Assembly: GCA_944320495.1 (NCBI GenBank)
Contig: CALUHR010000003.1
Location: forward strand, 32,001-96,000
Source: Candidatus Methanomethylophilaceae archaeon
GTDB lineage: Archaea; Thermoplasmatota; Thermoplasmata; Methanomassiliicoccales; Methanomethylophilaceae
Reading direction: 5' to 3'
Length of the DNA stretch: 64,000 nucleotides
Part shown: in pieces, positions 30,673-43,216 of the stretch
Position numbering within the stretch: position 1 is the stretch's first letter
Layout: each line of letters begins with the position of its first letter
Position numbers and translations under genes: made by a program
The notes under the pieces: generated by a model
The model's database searches: none
Told to the model about the DNA's origin: nothing
The model's input: only the letters and a program-made list of their open reading frames with translations

Positions 30673-33600
30673 ATGCAGAAGAGCACAGCGGCGGTATGCC
30701 TGGCGATGGTCATGCTCACCATGACCCTCGTCATGGGTGCCGCACCGCCGATGGAGGCTGAGCCGACGGAGTTCACGGACTACGAGCTCGACATATCGTC
30801 GGTCACCAGCAACTACACCAAGAGGGAGATCGGCGGGATAGAGTACAACGTGATGGTCTCGGCGAGTCCGGGCGAATACACGAACAAGACGAACTTCTCG
30901 TCCGATTACATGATCCTGAAGGTCAGCGAGGTCGATTGGAGCAGCTTCAACGGCACGGACATCGACGAGGTGGTCCTGACGACCTACGTGAAGAAGGTCG
31001 ACGACTACGCCTTCGCGAACACCTCGGACCTTCACACCTTCACAACGCACGGCAACGTCACCGCCACATACGCGGCGAAGTCCTTCGACGGGGACCAGAA
31101 TACCCTGAAGGTCTTCGACCTCAGGTCCCACGGCACCATAGACACCAGCGGGGACTTCTACAAGGAGTACAGGGGAGCCGTCATCATCGACGGCCCGAGC
31201 GACATACCGTCCGGATTCAACTACGGCAGGATAGTCGACGTCTCCGGCGTCACCAAGAACGAGCTCTACCACATCAGCCACAACCCGGACACCGGCAAGC
31301 TGAGGATCCAGTACGTCGGCCACGGGCTGCTGCAGTGCACCGACGACACCGGCAAGGTGACCATGCCCGACAGCACCGTCGAGTCCTACGGGAACATGCT
31401 GGAGTTCTCATACTCCGGCAAGCGCATGGACATCGGCTACGTCACGGCGAACATCGACTTCGGAGCCTTCGGCATCGGGACGAGGGGCATCCAGCTGAAG
31501 CAGTACGACAACGCCCTGCCCGTCCCCGAGGGATACAACATCGACGGCGGGTTCCGCGGATGGAGCATCAACGGCATAGACGTCGGGACCTCCCTGGACA
31601 TAGACGAGTACCAGAGGATCGTCGAATCGGGGGCTCAGACCCTGACGGCGGTGCCCATCATAGAGACGTACACCATCTCCTTCGACCTGTCCGGCCTCCC
31701 CTCCGGGGAGAGCGCGACACTGCAGCCCATGACCCTCACCGGCACCGGGACCTACCCGCAGCTGCAGAGCGAGCACTACCATGTGGTGAACTGGAGCGTC
31801 GACGGGACCATGCACGCCCCAGGCAGCGCTATCACCGACCTGAGGGACCACACCGCCGTCGCGGTGTGGGAGGTCAGGCCCGACTGCCACTACCAGGTCA
31901 GATACCTGAACGTGGATTCCTCGATCGCTGGCGACGAAGGCACCAAGCCCTACGGCACCGTGATGTCCATAGGCGACCTGATACCGAAGGGCGAGACGCA
32001 GACCCAGATGTTCGACGGATGGAGGGTCAACGGCCAGGGGGACATACTCAGGTCTGGTGACACGTTCACCGTCACCGGACCCACCGACCTGGTCCCCGCG
32101 CTGAGGGACCGCCAGACCTACAAGGTCACATACCTGGCGGACGGACAGCCCTTCTTCGAGGACACCGCGTACGAGGACCTCCAGTACACCGTCACCGACA
32201 GGTTCCCGGACAACGAGACCCGCAAGTTCATCGGATGGCTGGGTACGTTCTCCGACGACATGCTGAGCGCGGGGGACACCCTCGACATCGATTCCGACAT
32301 CACCCTGTCCGCCGCCTGGAGGGACAGGATCCAGTTCAAGGTCACATACACCGCCGACGACGGGGAGTTCCTGACCGGCACCGCCTACGACGGCTACCCG
32401 TACACCATCATGGAGGGGGTCCCCGAGAGGGAGGACAAGATCTTCGACGGATGGCAGACCCCCGACGGGGATGTAGTCTGGGCGGGAGAGACCATCGACG
32501 TGGGCGAGGCCACGGAGCTGAAGGCGACCTGGAGGGACAGGACCCCCTACGATGTCGTCTATGTGACGGAGGACGGGGAGGTCTGCAGGGAGACCGCCTA
32601 CGAGGGCATCCCGTATCCGGTGACCCAGACGGTACCGGAGAAGGAGGACGGTATCTTCGTCGCATGGTAGGATGCCGACGGCAACCAGCACACGGCCGGG
32701 GAGATGATCGACATCGCCGGCGACTGCCAGATGACCGCCGTTTGGCGCGAGAGGACCGAGTTCACCGTGACCTTCATGGCCGAGGGCTCCGAGTTCACAA
32801 AGGCCACGGCCTATGAGGGACTGGACTTCACCATCGATGCGGGCATCCCCACCGGGGAGGGCATCTTCACTTACTGGCTCATGGACGGATCGGAGGAGCA
32901 CCTCAACGACGGCAGCATCCTAAGGCTCGACGGGGACACCGTCCTCACCGCGCAGTGGAGGGACAGGACCGAGTACAAGGTGACCTATGTGGCCGACGGC
33001 GTCATCGTCGACGTCGACACCGCATACGAGCAATTGGACTACGAGATCGGCTCCATCATACCGACAGCCGAGGACAGGATCTTCACCCACTGGCACATCG
33101 AAGGCGAGGAGGAGCAGCTGGACTCCGGGGACAGCATCTCTGTCAACGGAGACATCAGACTCATCGCCGAATGGAGGGACAGGGAGAGGTACGCAGTCAC
33201 CTTCGTGGCCGACGGCGAGACCATACACACGGCCACCGCCTACGAACAGATCCCCTTCGAGATTCCCGAACTGGACATCCAGAAGGATGGCATGGTCTTC
33301 GACGGCTGGAGCTGCGGAGACGCGAACTACCACACCGACGACGAGATAGACGTCACCGGACCCGTGACGCTCACCGCCGAATGGCGCGAGATCGTCAAGC
33401 ACACCGTCATAATCGTCGATTCCGAGGGCGAGGAGCACCGCTACACCGTCGAGGAGGGTCAGAGCCTCACCATCGACCTCGATGAGCCCACAGACCCTGA
33501 CAGGGTGTTCCTCGGCTGGAAGGTCGAGGGGTCCGACACCCTGTACCGCAACGGTGACCAGGTCCCCGTGAGCGGGGACATGATCCTCAGCGAGGAGTGG

Positions 33601-36600
33601 AGGGACCGCTACACCTTCGACGTCACCTACGTGACTGCTGACGGCACCTTCCGCGAGGACACCGCCCGCGAGGGGTACGAGTACGCCATCATTCAGGATG
33701 TCCCGGTCAACGGGGACCACATCTTCGACGGATGGACCGCGGACGGACTCGGATCCGCGCTGTTCGGCGGAGAGAAGGTTGAGCTCGACGGCGACACGAC
33801 CTTCACGGCTCAGTGGAGGGAGCGCGAATCCTACGACGTCACCTACGTGACCTCCGACGGCACCTTCCGCGAGGATACGGCAGTCGAAGGCATGCCCTAC
33901 GAGATCATCGACGACATCCCGACCTCCGAGGATTCCGTCTTCGTCGGCTGGGAGATCGACGGAAGCGACGGCACGCTCGTCGGAGGAGATTCCGTCACCA
34001 TAGACTGCGACACCGTCCTCACCGCGCAGTGGAGGGACAGGTACCAGTATGGTGTCGTCTACGTCACGGATGACGGCGAGATCCTCAGGGAGACGGTCTA
34101 CGAGGGAATCCCCTACATCGTCGCCGACACCGTCCCGGAGAGGGAGGACGGGATCTTCGTCGCCTGGAGCGACGATGACAGGAACCAGCACACAGCAGGC
34201 GATTCCATCATCGTCGACGGCGAGTGCCAGCTCACCGCAGTATGGCGCGACAGGGCCGAGTACTCCGTGACCTTCAAGGCCGGCGATTCGGAATTCCTCG
34301 TGACCACCGCCTACGAGGGGCTGGACTTCACCATCGACGCCGGCATCCCCACGGGAGAGGGCATCTTCACCTACTGGCTCATGGAGGGCTCCGACGAGCA
34401 GCTCGAGGACGGCGACGTCCTGAGGCTCGACAGGGACGTCGTGCTCACCGCCCAGTGGAGGGAGCGCCAGACCTTCGACGTCGTCTACGTCTCCGACGGG
34501 GAGGAGCTCCTCAGAGAGACCGCCTACGAGGGGATTCCATACAAGATCGCAGACACCACCCCCGAATCCGAGAGCGGCATCTTCGTCGCCTGGCAGGATG
34601 CCGACGGCGACCAGCACACCGCGGGAGACTCCATGGACGTCTCCGCCGAGTGCACCCTGACCGCCGTATGGCGCGAGAGGTCGGAGTACACCGTCACCTT
34701 CGTCTCCGACAGAGAGACCGTAAGCACGGACACCGCCATCGAGGGCGTGCCCTACGAGATCCCCGAACTCGATCTCGAGAAGGACGGCATGGTGTTCGTC
34801 TCCTGGAGCTACGATGACCAGAACTACTCCGCCGGAGACGAGATCGACGTCTCTGGCCCTATCACCCTGACCGCCGTGTGGCGCGAGATCGCCGAGCACA
34901 CGGTCGTGTTCGTCGATACCGAGGGCAACGAGCACTATGTCACCGTCGAGGACGGCGAGAGCCTGACCATCGACATCGAGGAGCCCTCGGATTCCGACAG
35001 GATCTTCCTCGGCTGGAGCGTGAACGGCTCCGACGAGCTTGTACACGCGGGAGACGAGATCACCGTCGACGGGGACCTGACCCTGAACGAAGTGTGGAGG
35101 GACCGTTACACGTTCACCGTCACCTACATGATGGAGGATGGCACCTTCCTCGAGGATACAGCGGTCGAAGGTATCCCCTACACGATCGTCGACGACATCC
35201 CGGTCTCTGAGACTTGCATCTTCGACGGGTGGATGATGGACGGACGTGATTCCGCCCTCTCCGGAGGGGAGGAACTCGTCCTCGACGACGACACCACCTT
35301 CACGGCGCAGTGGAGGGAGCGCGAGACCTACGACGTGGTCTACATGTCCGAAGGCTCGGAGTTCCACAGGGACACCGCGTACGAGGGCATCCCCTACACG
35401 ATCGCAGACGATGTTCCGATCTCCGAGACCGCGACCTTCGCCGGCTGGGCCGCCGACGCATACGGCGTCCTCCGCGCCGGCGATGAGATCACGGTGGACG
35501 GGGACACTGTCCTCACCGCCGAATGGACACCTCTGATGGGATTCACCGTCATCTACATGTCGGACGGCGAGACGGTCGCCGTGGACAGCGCCTTCGAGGG
35601 AGTCCCCTATCAGATCATCGAGCTACAGCCCGAGAACGGTGAGCGCATCTTCGTCGGATGGGCGCTCGGGGAGCAGGTCCTCGCATACGGAGACAGCATC
35701 GACGTCACTGAGAACCTCGTCCTCGACGCCGTCTGGAGGGAAAGGGAGACCTACACCCTGACCTTCGTGTCCGAAGGTGCGGAGTTCATGACCACTCAGG
35801 CCGTGGAGGGCATCCTCTTCACGATCGGTGCGGAGATCCCCGAGAACGGCGACATGGTCTTCGACGGATGGATCGTCGACGGGACAGACGTCATCCTCCG
35901 CGAGAGGGACGGCTTCATCCCCGAGGGAGATACCGTGCTGACGGCGAAGTGGAGGGACTCGTCATGCTTCACGGTCACCTACGTGACCGATGACGGCACC
36001 GTCCTGACGGACACCGCCAGGGAGGGCGAGCCCTACACTGTGGAGCACTGGAACCCCGCCGATTCGGACATGATCTTCACCGGCTGGAGGGTCGGCGGAG
36101 AGGGCGAGATCCTCAACGCTGGCGACACCATCGATGTGACCGGCGATATCACCCTCGTGGCCTCCTGGCGCGAGAGGGGAGACATCTCAGTCACCTACGT
36201 CGTCGACGGAGACACGTACATGGTCGGCACCGCCACAGAGGGCGTGCCGTACCAGATCGAGGATTGGGTTCCCTCGGACATCAATGGTATCTTCGTCGGA
36301 TGGTCATTGGCCGGTTCCGATGTCACGCTCGTCCACGGGGACAGCATGACTCTCGCCGAGGACGCCGTACTCGAGGCGGTCTGGAGGGAGAGGCTGCAGT
36401 ACGATGTCACCTTCGCGGTCGACGGGGAGACGTTCCTCACAGGAGTAGCCACCGAGGGGCTCCCGTTCGAGATCCCCGAGGGCGTTCCCGAGAGGCAGGA
36501 CGCCGTCTTCGACGGCTGGATGCTCGGAGAGCAGAGGCTGTACGCCGGCGATTCCGTCGTCCTGACAGGGGACACCGTCCTGGAGGCATCCTGGCGCGAC

Positions 36601-37578
36601 AGGATAGAGTACACCGTGACCTACGTCTCCGGCGACGAGGAGATCCTCGTCGGCACCGCCTACGAGGGGCTCCCGTACACTATCGATTCGACGATCCCCA
36701 CGGACGGGACGATGCTGTTCACCGGATGGTCCCTCGACGGCGACGTCCTCGAGAGAGGGGACGTCATCACCGTCGAAGGCGACATCACCCTCACCGCGAA
36801 CTGGAGGGCGAAGGAGACGTTCACCCTCACGTACGTGGTGGACGGCAGCGTCATCGGCTCTGTTCTGACGGTGCTCGAAGCCACGTCGGTGACCGTGGAC
36901 ATGAGTGTGTCTTCGCCGTGGGCGGAGTTCCTCGGATGGAGCGACGGCCACGACCTGTACCCCGTAGGCTCGCAGTACGTGGTCACCGCCGACACCGTCC
37001 TCCACGCGATGTGGGGCGAGAAGACCCCGTCGTGCCCGGAGGATCCTGACGACGGAGATGATCCGAAGGAGCCGGAGACCCCCGGAGAGGACGAGACCCC
37101 CGATGAGGAGGAACCCGACACCGATGACAGGGAGCCAGAGACTCCCAGCACGGACGACGACAGTAACGATCCTGCCGTCGATGATGGGGACCACTCCCAC
37201 ACCGGAACGACCGGCGGAAGCACCGGAGGCTCCGGAAGCACCGGCGACTGTCCCTCCGACAGGCCCTCGACCGGACCGGAGACGCCTTCGGACGATGATT
37301 CCGAGAGACCCTCCGATGAGCCTTCCGACGAGCCCTCCGGCGACGATCCCGTCCCGGAGGACCCGGACGACGGCACCGACGAGACGCCTGACGACACGGA
37401 CGACACCCAGGGACCGAGCGATCAGGACCCCGAGGACGACGGAGGAAACGTCTCCGACATCACCCAGACGACCACCGATAACAGCGACGAGGGCGGCATA
37501 GCCGTCCCGGCCGCCATTGCGGCGGCCGTCGCCGCCGTCGTGGTCTGCATGCTGCTGGTCGTCGCCAGGCGTAGCTGA
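30673..37578 (+). CDS. Giant membrane-anchored surface protein with about 25 InlB-B/Listeria-Bacteroides-type repeats (2301 aa), one in-frame TAG
   Basis: Signal-like N-terminus; about 70-aa repeats (YxVTY...FxGW...GD...LTAxWR); D/E/P/S/T linker; C-terminal TM plus RRS. Track ORFs 30673-32670 and 32704-37578 are one frame joined by TAG at 32668-70. Confidence 0.88.
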
Positions 37579-37602
37579 AATATAGGCCAGAGACCTAGAG
37601 TC

Positions 37603-39549
37603 ATGGGAGTGAACATGGGCGCGATACGTCTCGGAAAGAACCACCTCAGATGGTGCCGCAAGTGCAACCTGCCGATACTGGAAACCAAGGAGTGTCCGGT
37701 CTGCGGATCGGCCACCGAGGAGATCGTGCTCACGCCGTCCGGCGACGCCAGGCCGGCGTTCCCCCATGACGTAAACATGATAAGGGGCCTGCTGGACAGG
37801 GACTACGGCGAGGGTGCAGGGAGGGCCGTCCTCCCGGAGAACCACGTCGTGATCCTCAGCAAGGCCCCGGCCCTGGACCGCATGGACGAGGTCGTGGTGG
37901 ACGGCGACATAGTCGCCACCGTCCGCTACGACATGGGCTCCGGATGGAAGGCCATCCTCAGGCTCCAGGGCGCCTACCGCCTCGGGAAGGCGGCCACCAA
38001 GGGATGGGTCATCTGCGACCCCGGCGCGGTGAAGTTCGTACAGGAGAGCAAGAACCTCATGGCCCCCGGCGTGGTCGACGCCGACCCTGACATAAAAGAG
38101 GGCGACGAGGTCCTCGTCATGACCGCCGACAGGACCGTCGTGTCCACCGGCATGGCCAGGATGGACGGGCCCACGATGGTGAAGGAGGACCACGGCGTCG
38201 CCGTCAAGACCAGGTGGTACAAACCCGAGGAGTTCAGACCCTCGGACGTGGAGCACTCCTGGGACGATGTCGTGGAGGCCAACCGCGCGGTGATGCAGAA
38301 GCGCATCGACGAGGCCGTCGGCTTCATCAGGAACACCATCGCCAAGAACGACCTGCCCGCCATCGTGTCGTTCTCCGGAGGGAAGGACAGCCTGTCCACG
38401 CTCCTGCTTACGATCGACGCGGGACTCGATCTCCCCGTACTGTTCGTGGACACCGGGCTGGAGATGAACGAGACCGTCCAGCACGTCCACGACGTGTGCG
38501 AGAGGCACCACCTCAAGCTGATCGAGGAGAAGGCCCCCGCCGACGCGTTCTTCGGCAACCTGGTGTACTTCGGCCCGCCCGCGAAGGATTACAGGTGGTG
38601 CTGCAAGACCAACAAGCTCGGCCCCACCGTCGGGGCGATCACCAAGAACTTCCCGGACGGGGTGCTCTCGTTCATCGGCCAGAGGAAGTACGAGTCCGAG
38701 GCCAGGAACGCCAAGCCGCGTGTGTGGAGGAACCCCTGGACCCCGGGTCAGCTCGGAGCGTCCCCGATCCAGAACTGGTGCGCCATGCACGTTTGGCTGT
38801 ACATCTTCATGCGCGGGGAGCCGTTCAACGTGTGGTACGCCCGCGGGCTGGACCGCATAGGATGCTTCATGTGCCCCGCGTCGGACCTGGCGGAGTTCGA
38901 CCTGATAGCAGGGCAGAGCGACCGCTGGGCCCAGTGGGACGGGTACCTCGACAAGTACATGGAGGACCGCGGGCTCCCGCCGGAGTGGAAGGAGTTCGGC
39001 CTCTGGAGATGGAAGGATGCGCCGAAGTCCATCAGGGAGGAGGTCAGCAGGGTCACCGGCAAGGGCGTCTCGGAGCTCACGAAGCAGACCAAGACGCCGG
39101 AGACCGGACCCCTCACGATCAGGGTGCAGGACGGCTACAGCCCCTGCACCATGGGATACAGCATCGAGGCGGCCCTGTCCAGGCCGATAGACCTCGAGAA
39201 GGTGAAGCCCTTCTGCCACGCGCTGGCGTGGCAGGTGGACATGGACCCCGACGGCGAGTACATCACCGCCGGGTTCATGACGATCTACCGCGAGGGCTCG
39301 ATCATATCGAAGGCGAACGTGGAGAACGACGCCAGGACGAACATAGACCACGCGTTCCAGTGCATCGTCCGCGCCGAGCAGTGCGTCGGCTGCGGGCTCT
39401 GCGCCGCGAGGTGCGACCCCAAGGCGCTGTACATGGAGGACGGCAAGGTCAAGATCCACGAGGACGACTGCATCTTCTGCAGGGACTGCTTCGGACCCTG
39501 CCCGTCCGTGGACTTCGTGAGGGACAACAAGGAGGGATTCGAACAGTGA
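37603..39549 (+). CDS. PAPS/APS-reductase-family protein with Zn-ribbon, PUA and 4Fe-4S domains
   Basis: WCRKC...CPVC; PUA (LMAPGVVDAD); SFSGGKDS, RWCCKTNKLGP, GQRKYES, RIGCFMCP; two CxxCxxCxxxCP-like ferredoxin motifs. Confidence 0.85.
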   Translation: MGVNMGAIRLGKNHLRWCRKCNLPILETKECPVCGSATEEIVLTPSGDARPAFPHDVNMIRGLLDRDYGEGAGRAVLPENHVVILSKAPALDRMDEVVVDGDIVATVRYDMGSGWKAILRLQGAYRLGKAATKGWVICDPGAVKFVQESKNLMAPGVVDADPDIKEGDEVLVMTADRTVVSTGMARMDGPTMVKEDHGVAVKTRWYKPEEFRPSDVEHSWDDVVEANRAVMQKRIDEAVGFIRNTIAKNDLPAIVSFSGGKDSLSTLLLTIDAGLDLPVLFVDTGLEMNETVQHVHDVCERHHLKLIEEKAPADAFFGNLVYFGPPAKDYRWCCKTNKLGPTVGAITKNFPDGVLSFIGQRKYESEARNAKPRVWRNPWTPGQLGASPIQNWCAMHVWLYIFMRGEPFNVWYARGLDRIGCFMCPASDLAEFDLIAGQSDRWAQWDGYLDKYMEDRGLPPEWKEFGLWRWKDAPKSIREEVSRVTGKGVSELTKQTKTPETGPLTIRVQDGYSPCTMGYSIEAALSRPIDLEKVKPFCHALAWQVDMDPDGEYITAGFMTIYREGSIISKANVENDARTNIDHAFQCIVRAEQCVGCGLCAARCDPKALYMEDGKVKIHEDDCIFCRDCFGPCPSVDFVRDNKEGFEQ

Positions 39550-40217
39550 CGATCGACTACGAGATAGACCCGGACGACCTGGCGGTCGCCATGGAGGAGG
39601 ACCCCGCCATCGTCAACGAGGAGGACGCCAGTAGGTTCCACACCGGACTGCAGGCCGTCAGCATGTACAGGCTGAGCCACAGGCTCTGGATGGAGGGAAG
39701 GAAGATGGAGGCCCGCGAGGTGAACTTCGTGGCGCACCAGCTCACCGGATGCGACATACACCCGGGGGCGACCATCGGCAAGAGGTTCTTCATCGACCAT
39801 GCGACCGGCGTGGTGATCGGGGAGACCGCGATAATCGGCGACAACGTGTCCCTGTATCAGGGCGTCACCCTCGGAGGTGTCTCGACCAACAAGGGCAAGA
39901 GGCACCCGACCGTGGGGAACCACGTGGTCGTGGGATGCAACGCATCCGTGCTCGGGGACATCACCATCGGGAACAACGTGCGCATCGGCGCCGGTTCCGT
40001 GGTGCTGAAGGACGTTCCGGACGACTGCACCGTCGTCGGCGTTCCCGGCAGGATCGTCAGGAAGGCCGGCCTGAAGACTGACGACTGCGACAGCGACCTG
40101 AGGCACAACGACCTGCCCGACCCGATCAGGGACAAGATGTCCTCCATGGAGGGTGAGATCGCCGCCCTGAGGGCGGAGGTCGCAGCGCTGCAGAGGTTGC
40201 TGAAGGAAAAGGAATGA
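39546..40217 (+). CDS. cysE: Serine O-acetyltransferase
   Basis: GCDIHPGATIG, FFIDHATGVVIGETA, QGVTLGG, KRHPT, IGAGSVV; GTG start overlapping the upstream stop. Confidence 0.92.
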   Translation: MTIDYEIDPDDLAVAMEEDPAIVNEEDASRFHTGLQAVSMYRLSHRLWMEGRKMEAREVNFVAHQLTGCDIHPGATIGKRFFIDHATGVVIGETAIIGDNVSLYQGVTLGGVSTNKGKRHPTVGNHVVVGCNASVLGDITIGNNVRIGAGSVVLKDVPDDCTVVGVPGRIVRKAGLKTDDCDSDLRHNDLPDPIRDKMSSMEGEIAALRAEVAALQRLLKEKE

Positions 40218-40334
40218 GAACGCCGGCGGGTCGTATCCCCGCCGGATCATCCCGCATCTGCGATACGGGTCCGAAACGATTTTCAGATTCTGGGCCGCCC
40301 CTCCCGGGACGGCCCGAAGTTGGTTTGCAAGAGC

Positions 40335-40610
40335 TCAGCTCTCGACGTTCATGGCCTTACCGACCTCGATGAGCGCATCGACCGTGCGCCTGCCGGAGTC
40401 GGTGAGGTAGAAGCGGCGCATCATCCTGTCATCCACGCCCTCGGCGCGGATGAGGCCACCCTCGGCCAGGGTGTCCAGCTTCCCGGGCATGCCCTGGGCG
40501 TGGGAGACCTCGCGGTAGATGTCCGTCTTCATGCATCCCTCGTTCTTGGCGATGTACAGGAGGATCGAGATCATGTGCCTCTCCTCCAGCATGCGAAGCT
40601 CGTTCATCAT
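40335..40610 (-). CDS. Winged-helix transcription regulator (HxlR/MarR-like)
   Basis: ILLYIAKNEGCMKTDIYREV...LDTLAEGGLI...FYLTDSGR; ATGA overlap with the upstream gene. Confidence 0.75.
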   Translation of the reverse strand: MMNELRMLEERHMISILLYIAKNEGCMKTDIYREVSHAQGMPGKLDTLAEGGLIRAEGVDDRMMRRFYLTDSGRRTVDALIEVGKAMNVES

Positions 40611-41902
40611 ATCCTACCTCTCATGTACCATACTGCGACGATCGCGACGATGACCACAATGATGACCACGACGATCCACAGCGGGAATCCGCCGTCGTCG
40701 GCGGGCTCCTTGGGCTCGTCGGGTTCGTCGATGCCTCCGGGGTCGAGAATGGGCGTCACTTCACCATCGATGTTTACGACCGTGTTGGTGCTGATACCCG
40801 AAAGCGTGTAGATGCCCTCGGCAAAACTGATGCTGCCCCTATTGGATGTCACATCGGCATCGCCCCTGAGCACATAACCGTCGGTGACGTTCACCTGGAA
40901 CGACACGCTACGGTCGCCTTGACTGACAACGGTGTATTCGAGACCGACGGTGGTATTGAACGTGACCGTGTAGACACGATCGATATGGATTGTCGATGAC
41001 CCTCCACCGGCGACCTCGGTCTGCCCGGAGATCGTCACGGTCGTGTCGGAATCTATGTCGCTGAGGGTGTAGACACCATTCGAGGAGGAGATAACCCCTC
41101 CGTCCGATGTTACCTCTATGTCACCTATAAGATTGAAACCCCCGACCACGTTCACCATGAACGTCACACTATCGCCTGTCTGACCGATGACCCTGTACTC
41201 CAGACCCCGGTCCGTCTCGAACAGGACAAGATGGTTCTGCACCTCAACGGGCGGATTGTCGGGCCCCTCTGTCCCCTGAGAAGTCCACTTGGCGTAGACC
41301 GTCAGATCATCGTAAATCGGATTCTTCGTGTTAAGATTCTGGCTGAATCCCGTGTCCGTATACCATCCAGCGAACTCGTAACCGACCTTCTCCGGTGCTA
41401 CATAGGGCTCCAGGAAATGGTCGTCTCCGACCTTGACAACGGTCTTGTTGGTGATCGTCTGACGGTCAAAGACATAGGATCCATCCATGAACACAATCTC
41501 GATCTCCCCCTCCGATCCGAAGACGTGAAGTGGCGTCAGATAGAGAGTCATGGCATCGCTCTCATCAGGATCGATGGTGGAAGTCACAGTCTGTACTACC
41601 TTGACTGAATCTATACTCTCGTCTGAGAGATCCAGAGTCACCGAGAACTCATTCTCGTGGTATTGGTCTGCACCTATCGGGGAACCGCTCTTATCATAGA
41701 ACGAGACGACCCAGTCGACGGTCCTGTCAGTCTGCACTCCGCTGTATCTCAGCGTCGGGTGGTCCCCGTAGCAGTAGTAGTACTCGGACTCCCCTTCACT
41801 CCCAGAGTCGCCGACGTCGGCATCCGCTTCCGCGGATGCGAGGAACGGCAGGCATAACAGCACGAGAGCGACGGGAATCACTATCCTCAGTATGTCTTTC
41901 AT
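40607..41902 (-). CDS. Secreted, C-terminally anchored protein with one InlB-B-type repeat and a duplicated beta domain
   Basis: Signal peptide; EKVGYEFAGWYTD...TVYAKW; two similar F(E/N)TxxGLEY...IxG segments; TM plus MRGRI tail. Confidence 0.75.
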   Translation of the reverse strand: MKDILRIVIPVALVLLCLPFLASAEADADVGDSGSEGESEYYYCYGDHPTLRYSGVQTDRTVDWVVSFYDKSGSPIGADQYHENEFSVTLDLSDESIDSVKVVQTVTSTIDPDESDAMTLYLTPLHVFGSEGEIEIVFMDGSYVFDRQTITNKTVVKVGDDHFLEPYVAPEKVGYEFAGWYTDTGFSQNLNTKNPIYDDLTVYAKWTSQGTEGPDNPPVEVQNHLVLFETDRGLEYRVIGQTGDSVTFMVNVVGGFNLIGDIEVTSDGGVISSSNGVYTLSDIDSDTTVTISGQTEVAGGGSSTIHIDRVYTVTFNTTVGLEYTVVSQGDRSVSFQVNVTDGYVLRGDADVTSNRGSISFAEGIYTLSGISTNTVVNIDGEVTPILDPGGIDEPDEPKEPADDGGFPLWIVVVIIVVIVAIVAVWYMRGRI

Positions 41903-41943
41903 CTTTCATCCTCCAGCAATGAAGGGGGCCGAGCCCCCTGTTT

Positions 41944-43128
41944 TCAGGCGCCTTCTATCACGACACCCGCCTGTATGGCATCGATATCCGATACGACGTT
42001 CAGCACTACGTAGTCCTGATTGCTCACGCCGTCGAGGATGTAGGAGACACAGATCCTGTACTGACCGATACCGCCCGTAGGAACCTCCATGTTATCGGTA
42101 TAGCTGGTATAGCGGTCACCGTCATCGCCGATGATCCTGACACCGACGACATCCAGCGATGACTCGGAGTCAACTGGAATGGAGACACTGAGCTTCACTG
42201 TGCTGCCCTGCTGTGCGGTGTATGTGTTACCCCCCTCGGTGGGCTCTTTGAAGTTGGTAGATTCACTGGTGAGGGCAATCGTCACATCCGTTTCTGTAGC
42301 CTCTTTGTTGGAAATTGTAAGGGAGTACTCCGTGACGGTTCCACTGGAGTCGGTAGCGTAGACTGCAACAGTTACTGTGTTATTGTTACCGTCAGCGATC
42401 TTCTCCGTCATCATGCCGGACACGATGCCGTCAGGAGACATGGAAAGCCCCTGAGGGAGTCTGACAGCATACCAGCTCATGTCTGCTGGAACATCAGTAG
42501 GAGACTCTCCGTCTACCTGGATCTTCTGGTAGAACGGAATGCCTACAGGGACCTTCATTTCGACGAGGGATATAGCCTGAGTCTGACCCTTTACAGTCAC
42601 ATCGATGACACCATAGACGGAGGGAACAACGTAGTTACTAGAGCCTGTGGTAACGGAACACTTGATTCCGAAGACGCCAGACGTAGCACCATCTGTGGCA
42701 GTGATGCGGAGGATGTACGTTCCGAGATCCTCCGTCTTCTCCATCTTGAATTTCAGGGCATCATTCTGGAAGGATACACCATTGTTATCCGTTATTGCAT
42801 TGGCCGCCTCCAGAGAGGTACCTGCCTGAATAGTCCTCTTCGCCAGGATATCGTTTTCTCCGCTGAAGTCATAGGTGTATGGGCCCTCGCTACCAGTGGC
42901 CTGGGCGATCTCCCATGTGAGGGTGTATCCCAGAGGGAGATACTCCGCCTCGGAGACCTTCAGCATGACCACGGCATCGCTGCCGCCTTTGATCACATCT
43001 ACTTCGACGTTTCCGAGCGCCGGATCCTCAATTGTATCGGCATCCGAGCCCTGAATCGCCATGGCTCCGGCAAGGGCGGCGGCCACCATGACCGTCACCG
43101 CGACAAGAGCCACAATTTTGCTGTTCAT
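41944..43128 (-). CDS. Secreted protein with a putative Ig (He_PIG-like) domain
   Basis: Signal MNSKIVALVAVTVMVAAALAG; WYAVRLPQGLSMSPDGIVSG; 394 aa. Confidence 0.7.
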   Translation of the reverse strand: MNSKIVALVAVTVMVAAALAGAMAIQGSDADTIEDPALGNVEVDVIKGGSDAVVMLKVSEAEYLPLGYTLTWEIAQATGSEGPYTYDFSGENDILAKRTIQAGTSLEAANAITDNNGVSFQNDALKFKMEKTEDLGTYILRITATDGATSGVFGIKCSVTTGSSNYVVPSVYGVIDVTVKGQTQAISLVEMKVPVGIPFYQKIQVDGESPTDVPADMSWYAVRLPQGLSMSPDGIVSGMMTEKIADGNNNTVTVAVYATDSSGTVTEYSLTISNKEATETDVTIALTSESTNFKEPTEGGNTYTAQQGSTVKLSVSIPVDSESSLDVVGVRIIGDDGDRYTSYTDNMEVPTGGIGQYRICVSYILDGVSNQDYVVLNVVSDIDAIQAGVVIEGA

Positions 43129-43216
43129 TCTATCACCTTGTTGCTTGGCCCCGAGATCGCCTCATCAGCGGACTCGAGCCGAAGTTGTTTCATGGGATCC
43201 TCGGCTGCGACAGCAA

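Noticed and set aside
30673-37578. CRISPR array or mobile element suggested by the periodic repeats
   Set aside because: The repeats are degenerate, about 210 bp, and in-frame protein domains without unique spacers. No cas, transposase or integrase gene was seen in the window.
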